A DNA stretch of 64,000 nt from Eledone cirrhosa. Lineage: Eukaryota. Shown in pieces: positions 39,515 to 54,720 of the stretch (position 1 is the first letter of the stretch; every line of letters starts with the position of its first letter). Under the pieces are notes generated by a model. That model did not search any database. It saw only the letters and a list, made by a program, of their open reading frames with translations, and had not been told where the DNA came from. The DNA is taken from the NCBI GenBank assembly GCA_964016885.1, contig OZ024745.1, positions 113,026,001 through 113,090,000 of the forward strand, written 5' to 3'. The translations under genes and the position numbers were made by a program.

Positions 39515-40213
39515 GGATGAGACAAAAAATAAGAAAGAGATATAAAGGCGGCATCGCCCCTCACCCAGCATTGGTACATTTTTTTATATACCTTCAAAGA
39601 ATGAAAAGTAAAGTCTATTATTCTATCCGACGTTCTAACGAGTCCGCCAATTCGCCGTCTGGACACCAGATATATAATGTCAAACCCCTTCAAAAGGATA
39701 AGATTACGTTTTAGAGTCAGAGAATATTTCAGCCATAAGAAATTGCTGACTCTTTAAAATATAAACACGTACGCTAATGCACTACTTACAAACAGAATGT
39801 GGCTTCAGCTATCTAAAGGAAACCTCTAAACCACACCCGTAAAAATCAATTCACATGGTCGTGAGTGGTTCACAAACAAATACGTTTCAGTGACAAGAAA
39901 ACAGACAGTACTCTCAGAGGCTTTGCTCACATAGAGCAGCTGGCTGCGGAGTCAATCTACACAGGCTCACTGGAATTCGAATATTTAGTTTCTCATTTTC
40001 AGACCTAGTGCAAAATATATATCCCTGTCCAAGAATAGCAATTATCGGGAATTTCCTTCCTTTTAAATCCCCTCTGCAAACTTTTACATAAAGATGTTTC
40101 AACAAAAAATAACGTGAATCGATTTCAGCCGTCTAATAGGAATATATAGTCACAGCCATCCTTCCATGCTGACAGAAACCTGTATGAATCTCGTCTTTTT
40201 GTTTTCATTGTTC

Positions 40214-40349
<136 letters not shown>

Positions 40350-40617
40350 GAGAGAGAGAAATTACATGAATCAAAGTTCTGTTTAAATCATTTATTTGCT
40401 TACAATTGTTTCTTCCACACCGGGGTCTTCGGAGCAATTATTCAGTGATTTTTTTTACATACTTGACCTCTTTTTCAACACAAGAGACATATAGAAACAT
40501 ATGTATATATTGACCCACAGTGGGTTGACATCCACTATAATAATACAGCATGGCAATAGTCATATTAAAGGACAAAATTAAAGTTAAAATTAAAATAACC
40601 ATAAATAGTATCCTTAA

Positions 40618-40673
<56 letters not shown>

Positions 40674-40831
40674 TAAAAAAACGAAAAATCAGTGATGCAT
40701 CTGGACTCAGTTTATTGCGTGTTACAATTGTTTCGCCGGCAGGTAGCTCGAGACATGATCACTGTATGGATCTGGGTGATTCTACGGCTGCAGGTTCCTT
40801 CGGACACATTCAATTCGTTCGGACCAAATTT

Positions 40832-40947
<116 letters not shown>

Positions 40948-41057
40948 CTGTATATAGTAATAATAATAGATGTGAAGACTAAAATCCGAAGAGGGCTCGA
41001 CAAGGATAATATATATATAAAAATCTATAAAACCATAGAGCCTTATTTATTAAAATA

Positions 41058-41162
41058 ACAGATTGAAACTTAAGCAAAGAATCGCTGCTTTCACCCTTAA
41101 CGGGATCTTCTGAAACGTGTTAAGGGTGAAAGCAGCGATTCTTTGCTTAAGCTTTAATCTGT
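41058..41162. repeat. Hairpin made by inversion of a hammerhead-bearing module (CAGAAGA family)
   Basis: acagatt.aa.cttaagcaaagaatcgctgctttcacccttaac and its reverse complement flank a 17-nt spacer. Confidence 0.88.
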
Positions 41163-41318
41163 CATGTTCCAATGGAATGAATAATATTTATCTTAATTAC
41201 CGAAACCGTGGTGAATCCCAGAGGTTGGTTTATCCATTGTCTTTGCCGTACATGCCCCCTGTTTGAATTCATATATTCAAGACTTAGTCATGCGTTTTTT
41301 TAACCCCCCCCCTCTCTC

Positions 41319-41398
<80 letters not shown>

Positions 41399-41542
41399 AA
41401 TTATATATATGTGCATATATATATAAAATATATGTGCATATATATCACATAAATATATATATATATATACACATACAGACACACACACGCATATATATAT
41501 ACATACACATACACACACACGCACACACATATATATATATAC

Positions 41543-41671
<129 letters not shown>

Positions 41672-41736
41672 CATATATATATACATATATATATATATAT
41701 ACATATATATATACATATATATATACATATATATAT

Positions 41737-41812
<76 letters not shown>

Positions 41813-42497
41813 ATATAGTTGGATTATGAATGAATATTACATAATTTATCTACTAAATTTAATGGCTGTTGATTAAATATATTTTGTTTATTTAAAGATT
41901 CACTTCTTTAAAATTTCTGAAATGTCAATACATCCGGTGGCGATCGTTTAAATAAACATACTAATTTTCTGTAACTAATTTTCTCCTAATGCAGTTTATA
42001 TATAATATCGTCTTTTTATAATGTATCATGGATTACGTTACTGATTACGTAAAACAGTGTAACACAATCTTCGTACAATTTCTGTGTATATTGTCAAATA
42101 CGATTTTTTTTATGTATCATATCTACATGTATATATACTTTCGTATAATTTTAATATACACACTACACATGCTAGCAGAAAACCACGCAAAAGTGTAGTT
42201 TTTCAGTTAGTATATATAAAAAACCTTTTACCTATGGTTTTTGTGTGTGTGTCCGTTGATGATTTGTGGATATTTCGATTACAACAAACTGCGTTTGGTT
42301 TACTTCGAAGAACACGTTGAGAGCGACATAACAATGCCAGTAAAATTCATTTGCATTTGCGGAATAAAATACATAAATACAAATACTATTGCTAAATATT
42401 TTATGAATACAAATATAGTGTAATAGCATTTAAATAAATAATAACGGATGTTAAAGGAGTTAGTAGTGAGGGAGATAAAAGTACTTAAATATATAAT

Positions 42498-42678
42498 TGT
42501 TTCTACTATTGGCACAAGGCTAGAAATTACTCAGTACATTACTGGTACTTTATTTTATCGACCCCGTAAGGATGAAAGGCAAAGTTAACCTCGGCGGGAT
42601 TTGACCTCAGAATGGCAAGGGCCGTAACTCTATGCGTCAAAGCATGGCGTCCGACCCTCTACCGATACTGCCAATCCA
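42498..42678 (-). mobile_element. SINE-A with a ~15-bp TSD
   Basis: Flanked by acttaaatatataat on both sides. Confidence 0.9.
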
Positions 42679-42815
42679 CTTAAATATATAATGAAAATGA
42701 GTGAGAATAAGAATAATTTTGTCTACACACATATATATATGAATATATATATATATGTGAGCGTGTGTATATATATATGTATATATGTAAATGTATATAT
42801 GTATATATGTATATG

Positions 42816-42846
<31 letters not shown>

Positions 42847-42933
42847 GTATATGTATATATGTATATATATATGTATATGTATATATGTATATATATATAT
42901 ATATGTATATGTATATATGTATATATATATATG

Positions 42934-43034
<101 letters not shown>

Positions 43035-43040
43035 GTATAG

Positions 43041-43072
<32 letters not shown>

Positions 43073-43079
43073 GTGTATG

Positions 43080-43311
<232 letters not shown>

Positions 43312-43330
43312 CATACACATATATATATAC

Positions 43331-43381
<51 letters not shown>

Positions 43382-43430
43382 CATCTCTCTCATTCTCTCT
43401 CTCTATCTCTCTCTCTCCCCCCCTCTCTCT

Positions 43431-43515
<85 letters not shown>

Positions 43516-43818
43516 GTAGATAAATCTACCAAAATATACGGTAGTGTCCAATCCGTATGAAGAACTCGATGTAATCCAAATATCATGAAAAGAGAAGATG
43601 TATTCAACATTTTTTCGAGGTAAAACAGGAAAACAGAGTCAAGATATATCTATATATATATATATATATATATATGCATATATATATATATGCATATCTC
43701 TCTCTCTCTCTATATATATATGCATATATATATATGCATATATATATATATATATATGCATATCTATATATATATATATATATATATATGCATATCTATA
43801 TATATGTATATATATATA

Positions 43819-43854
<36 letters not shown>

Positions 43855-43898
43855 TATCTATATATATATATACATATATATATATGCATATCCATATA

Positions 43899-43939
<41 letters not shown>

Positions 43940-43956
43940 GCATATCTATATATATA

Positions 43957-43993
<37 letters not shown>

Positions 43994-44000
43994 GCATATC

Positions 44001-44032
<32 letters not shown>

Positions 44033-44550
44033 CATATATATGTACATATATATATATCTTTCTTTATATATATATATATATATAAAGAAAGATGAAAATA
44101 CAAAAACCGAATAAAATAAATTAAAGATAAATGAATCGATATATAGATAATGGGATAGAAAGATAGATCATAATTATAGTGCAGATGGTTAGATAGGTGA
44201 AGATAATAATAGTGTAAGGTGATAAATATAGTAGATTTGATAATATAAGTTGTGTGTGTGTGTGTCTGTGTGTTTGCGTGTGTATGTGTGTGCGTATGTA
44301 TGATGTGGGTGTACGTGCGTATGTGTCGCAACATAATGATGGTGCAGAGCGTTAGATAGGTAAATAGAATGATAGATTAAGGTGATAAATATGGTAGAAT
44401 TTGATAATATAACTTAATATAAGGAGTTAAATTGATGAGATATTTCTGAAGGTCACCACCAAAGGGCAAGGCTGACGAGTGTAGACTTTGACTGACTCCA
44501 TACTTATATACGTAGATGTAAGCACGCGCGTGGACACACCTTCACACAAT

Positions 44551-44585
<35 letters not shown>

Positions 44586-45023
44586 CATCATCATCATCAT
44601 TTCATTTTACGTCCACTGTTCCCTGCTTGCAAGGGTGGGACGGGAACTGATGCTGGCTTGATTTCTACAGCTGGATGCCCTTCCTAACACCAACCTCATT
44701 TACAGTGAGTGCTGGGTGCTTTTTTGCCGTGGCACCTCCACGACCACTTTACAGTGGAATGATAGGGATCCCAGTCCCTATAATCTCATTTCTACAGCTG
44801 AGTAAACTGGAGCAACGTGAAATAAAGTGTCTTGCTCAAGGAAACAACACATCACCCTGTCTGAGAATTGAACTCACAACCTTTCGATTGCAAGGCCAAT
44901 GCTCTAACCATTAAGCCATGTGCATCCTTATATATATATATATAAAACAAAGGAATTGTGGTAAGGAACCAGATGGACCATAACGCACCAGAGTACTCAA
45001 TACTTAGGGTAGGAGAGTGGGAA

Positions 45024-45156
45024 ATAGGAAAAAGTATGACCCCGACGGCAGAAGTCAAGCCGTTTCGACGGCTATTTCTGGACTAAATATAATTTAGTCC
45101 AGAAATAGCCGTCGAAACGGCTTGAGCTCTGCCGTCGGGTTCATACTTTTTCCTAT
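45024..45156. repeat. Near-perfect 65-bp-arm hairpin with a 3-nt loop
   Basis: ataggaaaaagtatga...ctggactaaat-ata-atttagtccag...tcatactttttcctat. Confidence 0.93.
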
Positions 45157-45398
45157 ATATATATATATATATATATATAGACATGAAACAATCACTCATA
45201 CATAAAGGCAGATGTATTCAGACCTAACGATCACACACAGATAGACAGACACACACATACATATAATCTACATTAGTAGAGAATAAGCATATCTATTTCA
45301 TATAGAATGTCTCTGGTGATTTCATACGAATGGAACAGTTCTAGTCCTGTAGAAGTCATTTCTCTCTCTCTGTCACTCACTCTGTTTACCCCCCGTCG

Positions 45399-45431
<33 letters not shown>

Positions 45432-45473
45432 CATTCATATATATATCGCTATTTCAGAGCACCAATTAAAAAA

Positions 45474-45568
<95 letters not shown>

Positions 45569-45716
45569 AATAAATATTTGCTCTATGGTTCTTATATATT
45601 TGAGCCCTCTTTGGATTTTCGTTTTCAAATTTAATATTATTACTATATATTATATTATATATATATATAATATATATTATATATATATTATATATATATT
45701 ATATATATATTATATA

Positions 45717-45789
<73 letters not shown>

Positions 45790-45911
45790 TATATATATAT
45801 ATATTATATATTATATATATATATATTATATATTATATATATATATATTATATATATATTATATATATATATTATATATATATTATATATATATATTATA
45901 TATATATTATA

Positions 45912-46000
<89 letters not shown>

Positions 46001-46196
46001 ATATATATTATATATATAATAAATACAATATCGGAGAAAGCTTTTTAGCGATACTCCGGCCAAATTCCAACTCACTCAACAAACATTAGGAAATAAGTGA
46101 TTATATTCCCAATTATGCGTTCGGGGTTCTAACTAAAAGTATTGCGTGGAAAATTGGCTGTATTATTTCATATGAGACATATCGAATATATCTCTT

Positions 46197-46323
46197 CCCA
46201 GACGGACGTCTCGTTTCATTATAGGATTCCTACAATTTGGGTTAAATTATACCAATTTATGTAGGAGCTTGTATACCATCAATAGATATATATTCAAGTT
46301 GGCTCCTATAATTCATCAGTGGG
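46197..46323 (-). ncRNA. Type I hammerhead ribozyme with a large branched stem II
   Basis: Minus strand: ccca-CTGATGA-attatagga[insert with two hairpins]tcctataat-GAAA-cg agacgtc cg-TC-tggg. The cleavage triplet is the canonical GUC. Confidence 0.78.
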
Positions 46324-46563
46324 TGCCCCAATAATACTAATATTGATAATCTAACCAACATCAGTATTTAGCGATAATCATAATCTGTGCCTGAGGTATC
46401 TGTCAGGTTGCCAGTCCAGCAGTTCTAAAGAAATGCTCAAACTGATTAAAAAATGAGGAAGTAAATTACCACAAAAAAAACAACAATATATAATATATAT
46501 ATATTATATATTATATATATATATTATATATTATATTTATATATATTTATTATATATATATAT

Positions 46564-46639
<76 letters not shown>

Positions 46640-48010
46640 ATATTATATATATATATATATATTATATATATAATTATACATATATATATATGTATAATAT
46701 ATATATATATTATATATATATATGTATAATATATATATATATTATATATATATATATTATATATATATATATATATTATATATATACATATACATATATA
46801 TTATATATATTATATATATATACATATATTATATATATATTACATATATATACATATATTATATATATATATATATATATACGGGGTAACAAATTATTGT
46901 TATAGGTAGTCCACTTAAGTGTAGTCCAGTTAGGGTACTCCGAGTAGTGGATGATATCAACGCTTGGCTAAGTTTGACTCAACAAGGCGTTTCCATAGTG
47001 ATGCGAGTACGCTGTAATTCCTATGTTGTAAACACTTGGAGTAATGATTAATCAGGAAAAAAGAGTGACACGGTTTGCTATACAAAGAAAGGTTTTTAAT
47101 CTCATTGCTGACAATTGTTTCTCTGAACTGGTATGTGTAGAGATCGCTACCCGCTTATTTTTACGTTATTCGATCACCAATACAAAGTTATAACCAGTCA
47201 ATTCATCGGAGCCTGTGAGAATAAACAGAATATACAGGCATGGCTACTATATATAGTAGTAATGGCATTCAATCAGAACAATAACAACAATACTAACAAT
47301 GCTAGCAATACATTATTTGAAATAATCACAACATAAATCTAGGTGGGAAGTATAGTATATCTACGATTTTAGCGTGTAAAACTAGCTGACATGAGGCAGA
47401 TGTATAAAATTGACATGTAAAAGCTGTCATGGGGTGTATTATATCTAGTGTAAAGATAAGCCGGTGGCTTTAAACAATGTAGGTCTGGTGGCCGTAAGAA
47501 TCGTTTATTTTCTGACAGATGAAGAATTTATCACTGTAGTGAGGATAGTAATATTTGTGTGGTCTATATTAGATGAAAGGGTTGTCTAGCTTTCTCATCA
47601 TCAATAACATACATGTATAAGACAACATTAACAAAGTAGCAGTATAATGGGAAAGTTAATACAGAGGTTAAGGAGGCAATATATATATATATACATACAT
47701 GCACACAAACATATATATATATATACATACACATATATACATACATATAAAGAGAAAACATGCTGACAATAATTATAACAGGAGGAAGGTAAAGTTCTGT
47801 TGTAGTAGTATTTTGAAATGTTCTTGGATTTAGGTTCAAGTGCTGACAGCAGCTGAGAAGAGATATGTTTATGGGTTGATGAGGTACTTACAGACATTAG
47901 TGTGGTATAGAACGAAGAAGGCTAGAATGTACTTAATGATTATATTTCTGTGGTGGTTCGTGCAGTCTAGTGGGTATCCTAAGTTGAAAGCTAGGTTACG
48001 TCGGTTCGAT

Positions 48011-48420
48011 TCACGGAGGTTTAAATCTTGTGAATTTAGTGGCGATCCTGTGTCTGCAGAAGATAGATCTTTCTAACTTGTTGTTAAGTAACCTTTTTAC
48101 ATTTCTAAGGATATACAGTAATTCTAGATCACATAGCCTACAGTGGGACATACCGGTACTGTAGGTCTTTGCGGCCGACAACCTCGACCAGTTGATACTG
48201 TAGTTGGTGTTGTTGTCCTTAAGTTCCCAGATCTTTTTTGGCGAGGGTTGTAGAACCCATAAGTGCACGATTTTTCATCGAGTGTCTGTGCACATACGAT
48301 CTTTTTTTTTAAAGTACCCGCGATGGATCCAATGTAATGCCAAGTGGAGTTGTCTGAGTTGACCGTACAAATGTACACTATGTCTGTGGCAGTCAGCCGA
48401 AAGCCAGAGGGGATGGGAGA
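48011..48420 (-). mobile_element. Penelope-like GIY-YIG endonuclease fragment
   Basis: DIVYICTVNSDNSTWHYIG...KKIWELKDNNTNYSINWS...CRLCDLELLYI...LLNNKLE....CRH, with frameshifts. Confidence 0.88.
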
Positions 48421-48730
48421 GTGTTAGTTTTTACAGGTCACAATACTACCTCTCACCAAGCATGGACAGTACGACTGACCATCAACTCCCAAGAGAAAAT
48501 ATACTTAATTCTAAGTATCATTGGCTGAGTGGGTGAACTGACTAAGCTAATTTCGTTGAAAATGCGGTAGCTAATGGTCAACTTCCTTCGGACATGCGCC
48601 TGCGCAGACCGGTGGGGGTGAATTGGTACTCACAGGGGAACGGATGAAGAACCTAAAAGCACACACTTCGTCCATTCCCATGTCGATTCAACTTGGATTG
48701 CCTCGGAAACATAACCTTATTATGTAACAA

Positions 48731-48803
48731 GCTGTCTGATGATGTCACGACACTCGCACACAGAACAGTGTGGCCAGTGTCGCCATGAAATATATATCAC
48801 AGC
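48731..48803 (+). ncRNA. Type I hammerhead ribozyme
   Basis: gctgt-CTGATGA-tgtca cgacact..cacac agaaca gtgtg..agtgtcg ccat-GAAA-tatata-TC-acagc. Confidence 0.78.
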
Positions 48804-48850
48804 ATTATTATTAAAGGACTTGAACATCTGAAACTACTTCGCTTTTACAT

Positions 48851-48952
<102 letters not shown>

Positions 48953-48983
48953 ATATGTGTATATATATGTGTATATGTGTATA

Positions 48984-49018
<35 letters not shown>

Positions 49019-49439
49019 CGGCGATGAATTAGTTTTGCGAGGTTTTTTATATGAAATCGTGTGTCGAAACAAACAAGCAAATAAATAAATAAATATATAG
49101 ACAGACTGAACAAAAAAATGGCGTAGACATACAACACAACAGGAGGGAACAATGAATATAACACCACTGACGATGTTGCAGATGTGCAACGAAAGATTTA
49201 TGTAAATTATGTAAACTATATATATATGTGTTTGTCTATATTGTATCTGTATTATTTTTGACCGCCGGTCAGTCAATGGCAACATTGAGGACCGAGTAAG
49301 TTAGATCGCAGATATGTATATATAAAAGACAGCGAGAAGCGAAAACCAACCAAACAGTGAGTGTGTTCTGTTATTAATTCTGGCAATATTACGCAAAATA
49401 TGACCCTCCCCAAATATAACAATATATATATATACGCAT

Positions 49440-49472
49440 ATATATATATATATATGTGGATATATATATATG

Positions 49473-49547
<75 letters not shown>

Positions 49548-49845
49548 TTATATATATTTATTAAAATAACAGATTAAAGTTTAAGCAAAGAATCGCTGCT
49601 TTCACCCTTAACGGGATCTTCTGAAACTAACAAAGTCAATCTGTAAACGCAGAACTGGATATTTAAAAAAGCGTTGCAACCGGAGGAAGACAGGAAGACG
49701 ATAGTTTGGTTCGTGGTAACGTTCGCTGCAAAGAACGAGAAAAAACGAATATAATACGTCATTAATAGGAGCGGTGAAAAACAATTACGCGCAAAGACAG
49801 AACCACGGTTTATGGTATATACATATATATATATATATATGTATG

Positions 49846-49877
<32 letters not shown>

Positions 49878-49882
49878 TTATA

Positions 49883-49931
<49 letters not shown>

Positions 49932-50018
49932 ATATGTGTATATATATGTGTATAAGTGTAATATATATGTATATATAATATACATATATATATATATATA
50001 TGTGGATATATATATATG

Positions 50019-50100
<82 letters not shown>

Positions 50101-50362
50101 TATTTATATATATTTATTAAAATAACAGATTAAAGTTTAAGCAAAGAATCGCTGCTTTCACCCCTTAACGGGATCTTCTGAAACTAACAAAGTCAATCTG
50201 TAACGCAGAACTGGATATTTAAAAAAGCGTTGCAACCGGAGGAAGACAGGAAGACGATACTTTGGTTCGTGGAAACGTTCGCTGGCAAAGAACGAGAAAA
50301 ACGAATATAATACGTCATTAATAGGAGCGGTGAAAAAAAATTACGCGCAAAGACAGAACCAC
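49440..50362. repeat. ~555-bp tandem duplication (microsatellite plus hammerhead module)
   Basis: 49440-49806 recurs at ~49990-50362, including the (CT)n(TA)n lead-in. Confidence 0.9.
49569..49644 (-). ncRNA. Hammerhead-architecture RNA with variant core CAGAAGA (second copy 50125-50201)
   Basis: acagattga ctttgtt agttt-CAGAAGA-tccc gttaa gggt-GAAA-gca gcgattctt tgc-TT-aaact ttaatctgt. Confidence 0.6.
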
Positions 50363-50368
50363 GTATAT

Positions 50369-50610
50369 ACAGAGGAGACTGAGGTTGGCTGGACATGCTC
50401 ACCGACATCCAGAGTTGACATTGCACTCAGTTCTCCTTTGGGAGCCCCTACATGGACACACTAGAAGAGGAGGACCAAGGTTAACATATGTTGATGCCCT
50501 AAAGGACAGACACTGGTCTGTTGGAGATGCAGGATATGGCAGCGATAATGAGGGACAGAGACCGCTGGAGAGAACTCGTTCATGGATCTCGGGAATTTTA
50601 CCCGCCTTAG
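50369..50610 (+). mobile_element. RTE-like LINE 3' fragment
   Basis: RRLRLAGHAHRHPELTLHSVLLWEPLHGHTRRGGPRLTYVDALK. Confidence 0.85.
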
Positions 50611-50651
<41 letters not shown>

Positions 50652-51015
50652 TATATATATATAATGTATATATATATATGTATATATATATGTATATATA
50701 TATATATGTATATATATGTGTATATATATGTGTATAATAGTATATATATATATTGTGTGTGTGTGTGTGTGTGTGAGAATGTGTCTGTTGACACCTGCAA
50801 TTTAGCTTAAGAGAAACATGACAATAATGATATGTTACGCACCCAATATTTTGAACTGGTTTATAGAATTCTCTTGGCCTTTGTCACTCTAAATATAAAT
50901 TATAGCCTTAAGGAATTAGCTTCTTTCAACCAATAAGCTCCACCCATCCCACTCCCCACCCTCTCCTACCACGTGAAAAGATATAAATACCACAACATTT
51001 ATTTTGGAAAGCCAA

Positions 51016-51062
51016 ATTCCTGATGATTTCTAAAGAATGAAACAGTTCTAGTCCTGTAGAAT
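51016..51062 (+). ncRNA. Type I hammerhead ribozyme
   Basis: attc-CTGATGA-tttc taaa gaat-GAAA-cag ttctagtc ctg-TA-gaat. The triplet is GUA. Same family as 11932 and 45310. Confidence 0.75.
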
Positions 51063-51151
51063 CTCATCTATATTAAAACTGTTATACTCTGCTATGTATT
51101 GAGTACCTTACTTACTGTGGTTACCTCCGACTCAACCTGGAATAACGTATT

Positions 51152-51265
<114 letters not shown>

Positions 51266-51556
51266 AGTCCAAAGAATCATTAGATAAAATATATACAGTA
51301 TTACTCTCCCAATCAGTATAAATTAACCACACAAAAAATCATTTAAACGAGGCTATAAGTTTAAAACATACCTATAAAGAAATAATAGACAAATAATACA
51401 TTTTCTTTTCCGTGATGTACAGCCATATGACACTTACCTAATTATTTCTGCTAGCCTGTAGAAATTGGCTAGACAAATAGCTAACTACACGGAATTAGGT
51501 ACAAAATCGAAGTTTGTAGAAAAAAATGCACATAAATGTTATCACCATTCTCATAG

Positions 51557-51639
51557 TCTCTAGCAACCGGTCGTTTCGTTCCACGTTTTGCATATACCGG
51601 TCTTGGATAAATCTACGAGGCTCGGAACTCACCAGGAGA
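51557..51639 (-). ncRNA. Degenerate hammerhead (CTGGTGA core)
   Basis: Minus strand: tctc-CTGGTGA-gttcc...ggaac-GAAA-cgaccggttgc-TA-gaga. Confidence 0.55.
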
Positions 51640-52179
51640 TACCCCAGTCTGGACTAAGATTCTTGTACCATGATCCACGCCAGAAATGAATTCAAAATGG
51701 CTAAGAACCATCACATGGCCAGTGGTCAAGGCAGAAAGTTTGTGATTGGTGCCAGTTGGCGAGTAGGCTTGTTGCTAGAAAGCGCAGCCGAATACTGCCT
51801 AAAGTCTTACTCAACCTTACGGGAGTATATATTAAATTCAAAGGGTATATATAATTAGACAAAGTCACAGATACATATATGTATTTGGCAACCATTCACT
51901 GTGTGGCTCAATGAAGAATTAATTAAATAATTATTAATCAGAGCAATATATAAAAATGTAAGTCCAAAGAATCATTAGATAATATATATATGTATTATAT
52001 ATATATTATGTATATTATATATATATATGCATATATATATATATATATGCATATATATATATATATGCATATATATATATATGCATATATATATATATAT
52101 ATATTATATACATATACTATATATATATATTATATATATATTATATATATATATATTATATATATATATCTTATATATA

Positions 52180-52230
<51 letters not shown>

Positions 52231-52414
52231 TATATATATATTATATATATATATATTATATATTATATATATTATATATATATATATATTATATATATTA
52301 TATATATATATATATTATATATATATATTATATATATTATATATATATATTATATATATATTATATATATATTATATATACATATATATATATTATATAT
52401 ATATATTATATATT

Positions 52415-52447
<33 letters not shown>

Positions 52448-52635
52448 ATATATATATATTATATATACATATTATATATTTTTATATATATATGATATAT
52501 ATATATTATATATATATTATATATATATATGTATATTATATATATATTATATATATAATATATATATAATATCTAAATTATATATATATATTATAATTAT
52601 ATTATATACATATATTATATATATTATATATATAT

Positions 52636-52667
<32 letters not shown>

Positions 52668-52760
52668 TATATCGAAATTATATATATTATATCGAAATTA
52701 TATATATATATTATAATTATATATATATATATATTATATCGAAATTATATATATATATTA

Positions 52761-52798
<38 letters not shown>

Positions 52799-52833
52799 TA
52801 CATATATATATATATACATATATACATATATAC

Positions 52834-52864
<31 letters not shown>

Positions 52865-52947
52865 AATATATATATATATGTATATATATATATTATATAT
52901 ATATTATATATATATATATATACATATATACATATATATACATATAT

Positions 52948-52980
<33 letters not shown>

Positions 52981-53317
52981 AATATATATATTATATATAT
53001 ATTATATATATATATATATTATATAAACATATTATATATTTTTATATATATATTATATAAACATATTATATATTTTTATATATATATGATATATATATAT
53101 TATATATATATTTTATATATATATATATTATATAAACATATTATATATTTTTATATATATATTATATAAACATATATATTTTTATATATATATGATATAT
53201 ATATATTATATATATATTATATATATATATATATTATATATATATAATATATATAATATATATATATATTATATCTAAATTATATATATATATTATAATT
53301 ATATTATATATATATAT

Positions 53318-53348
<31 letters not shown>

Positions 53349-53493
53349 ATATATATAATATATATATATATTATATCTAAATTATATATATATATTATAA
53401 TTATATTATATATATATATTATATATCTTATATATATTATATATATAATATATATATATATATTATATCGAAATTATATATATATATTATAAT

Positions 53494-53525
<32 letters not shown>

Positions 53526-53535
53526 TACATATATA

Positions 53536-53678
<143 letters not shown>

Positions 53679-53680
53679 TA

Positions 53681-53730
<50 letters not shown>

Positions 53731-53767
53731 TATAAATATATATATATATATACATATAAATAAATAA

Positions 53768-53852
<85 letters not shown>

Positions 53853-53968
53853 CATATATATATACATATATATACATATACATATATATATACATATATA
53901 TACATATATATATATATATACATATATATACATATATTATATATATAATATATATACATCATATTTAT

Positions 53969-54007
<39 letters not shown>

Positions 54008-54644
54008 AGACACCAAGCAGGCTTTGTTTACAACGGCTAACAAATTTTAAAATTAGATAGTAACATGTGCTTAAGCGATATTTGACTAAATAGAAATAGT
54101 CTGTTAGTTGGGATTTAAAAGAAAACTCTCTGAATTGAAAAAAAAGGATGTGTATTGGCGTTCATGGGACACGAACCCACATCCTTGCTTTGCTGGCAAC
54201 GATGTTGGTTCGTGTCCTATGTACATCAATATTCCTCCTTGCTAAGCCAACCAGCGACCCACCATTCAAATACAGAAAACCGAACGTGGACCGTCTACAT
54301 TCCTACGCTCTTATACGACTTTATAAAGCCATAGCTATGATTTTACGTAATTTCTATATAATAAAGCCATTAAAACTATCAATATATATTAATAAGCTAT
54401 TATATAGATTTTCATTGACCAATAAAGTGGTTATGTTTATGTTGGTCGATTGACTAATCGTATTCTGTATTGCAAATTAATATACTGCTTTGCTAGATTT
54501 ATTGTTTTGACATTGCTTTTAATTGGTCGGTTTCCTCTACTAAGCTGTAGTTACGTCACCGAATTATTCTGATTTGGTGAAGAGGTTAAATTGTCTACCC
54601 ATTTTCTTCGCCGTTTAAGTAGTCCCTTTGTCCCTAACTGTGAC

Positions 54645-54720
54645 TTAGGAGTTAAGTTTAGGTTTAAGGTTAGCATTAGCTTTAGGGTTAGCGTTATAGT
54701 TAGGGATAGAGTTAGGGTTA
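54645..54720 (+). repeat. Degenerate interstitial TTAGGG-like hexamer repeat
   Basis: ttagga gttaag tttagg tttaag gttagc attagc tttagg gttagc gttata gttagg gataga gttagg gtta. Confidence 0.7.

Noticed and set aside
39855-39900. GTGA...AAA...TGA SECIS candidate in the GPx 3' region
   Set aside because: The spacing to the AA is too short and helix II does not base-pair.
49164-49220. CTGACGA-tgttgca gatg tgcaac-GAAA hammerhead-like motif
   Set aside because: Stem II is good, but stem I and the cleavage site cannot be paired. It is at best a decayed copy and was not counted.
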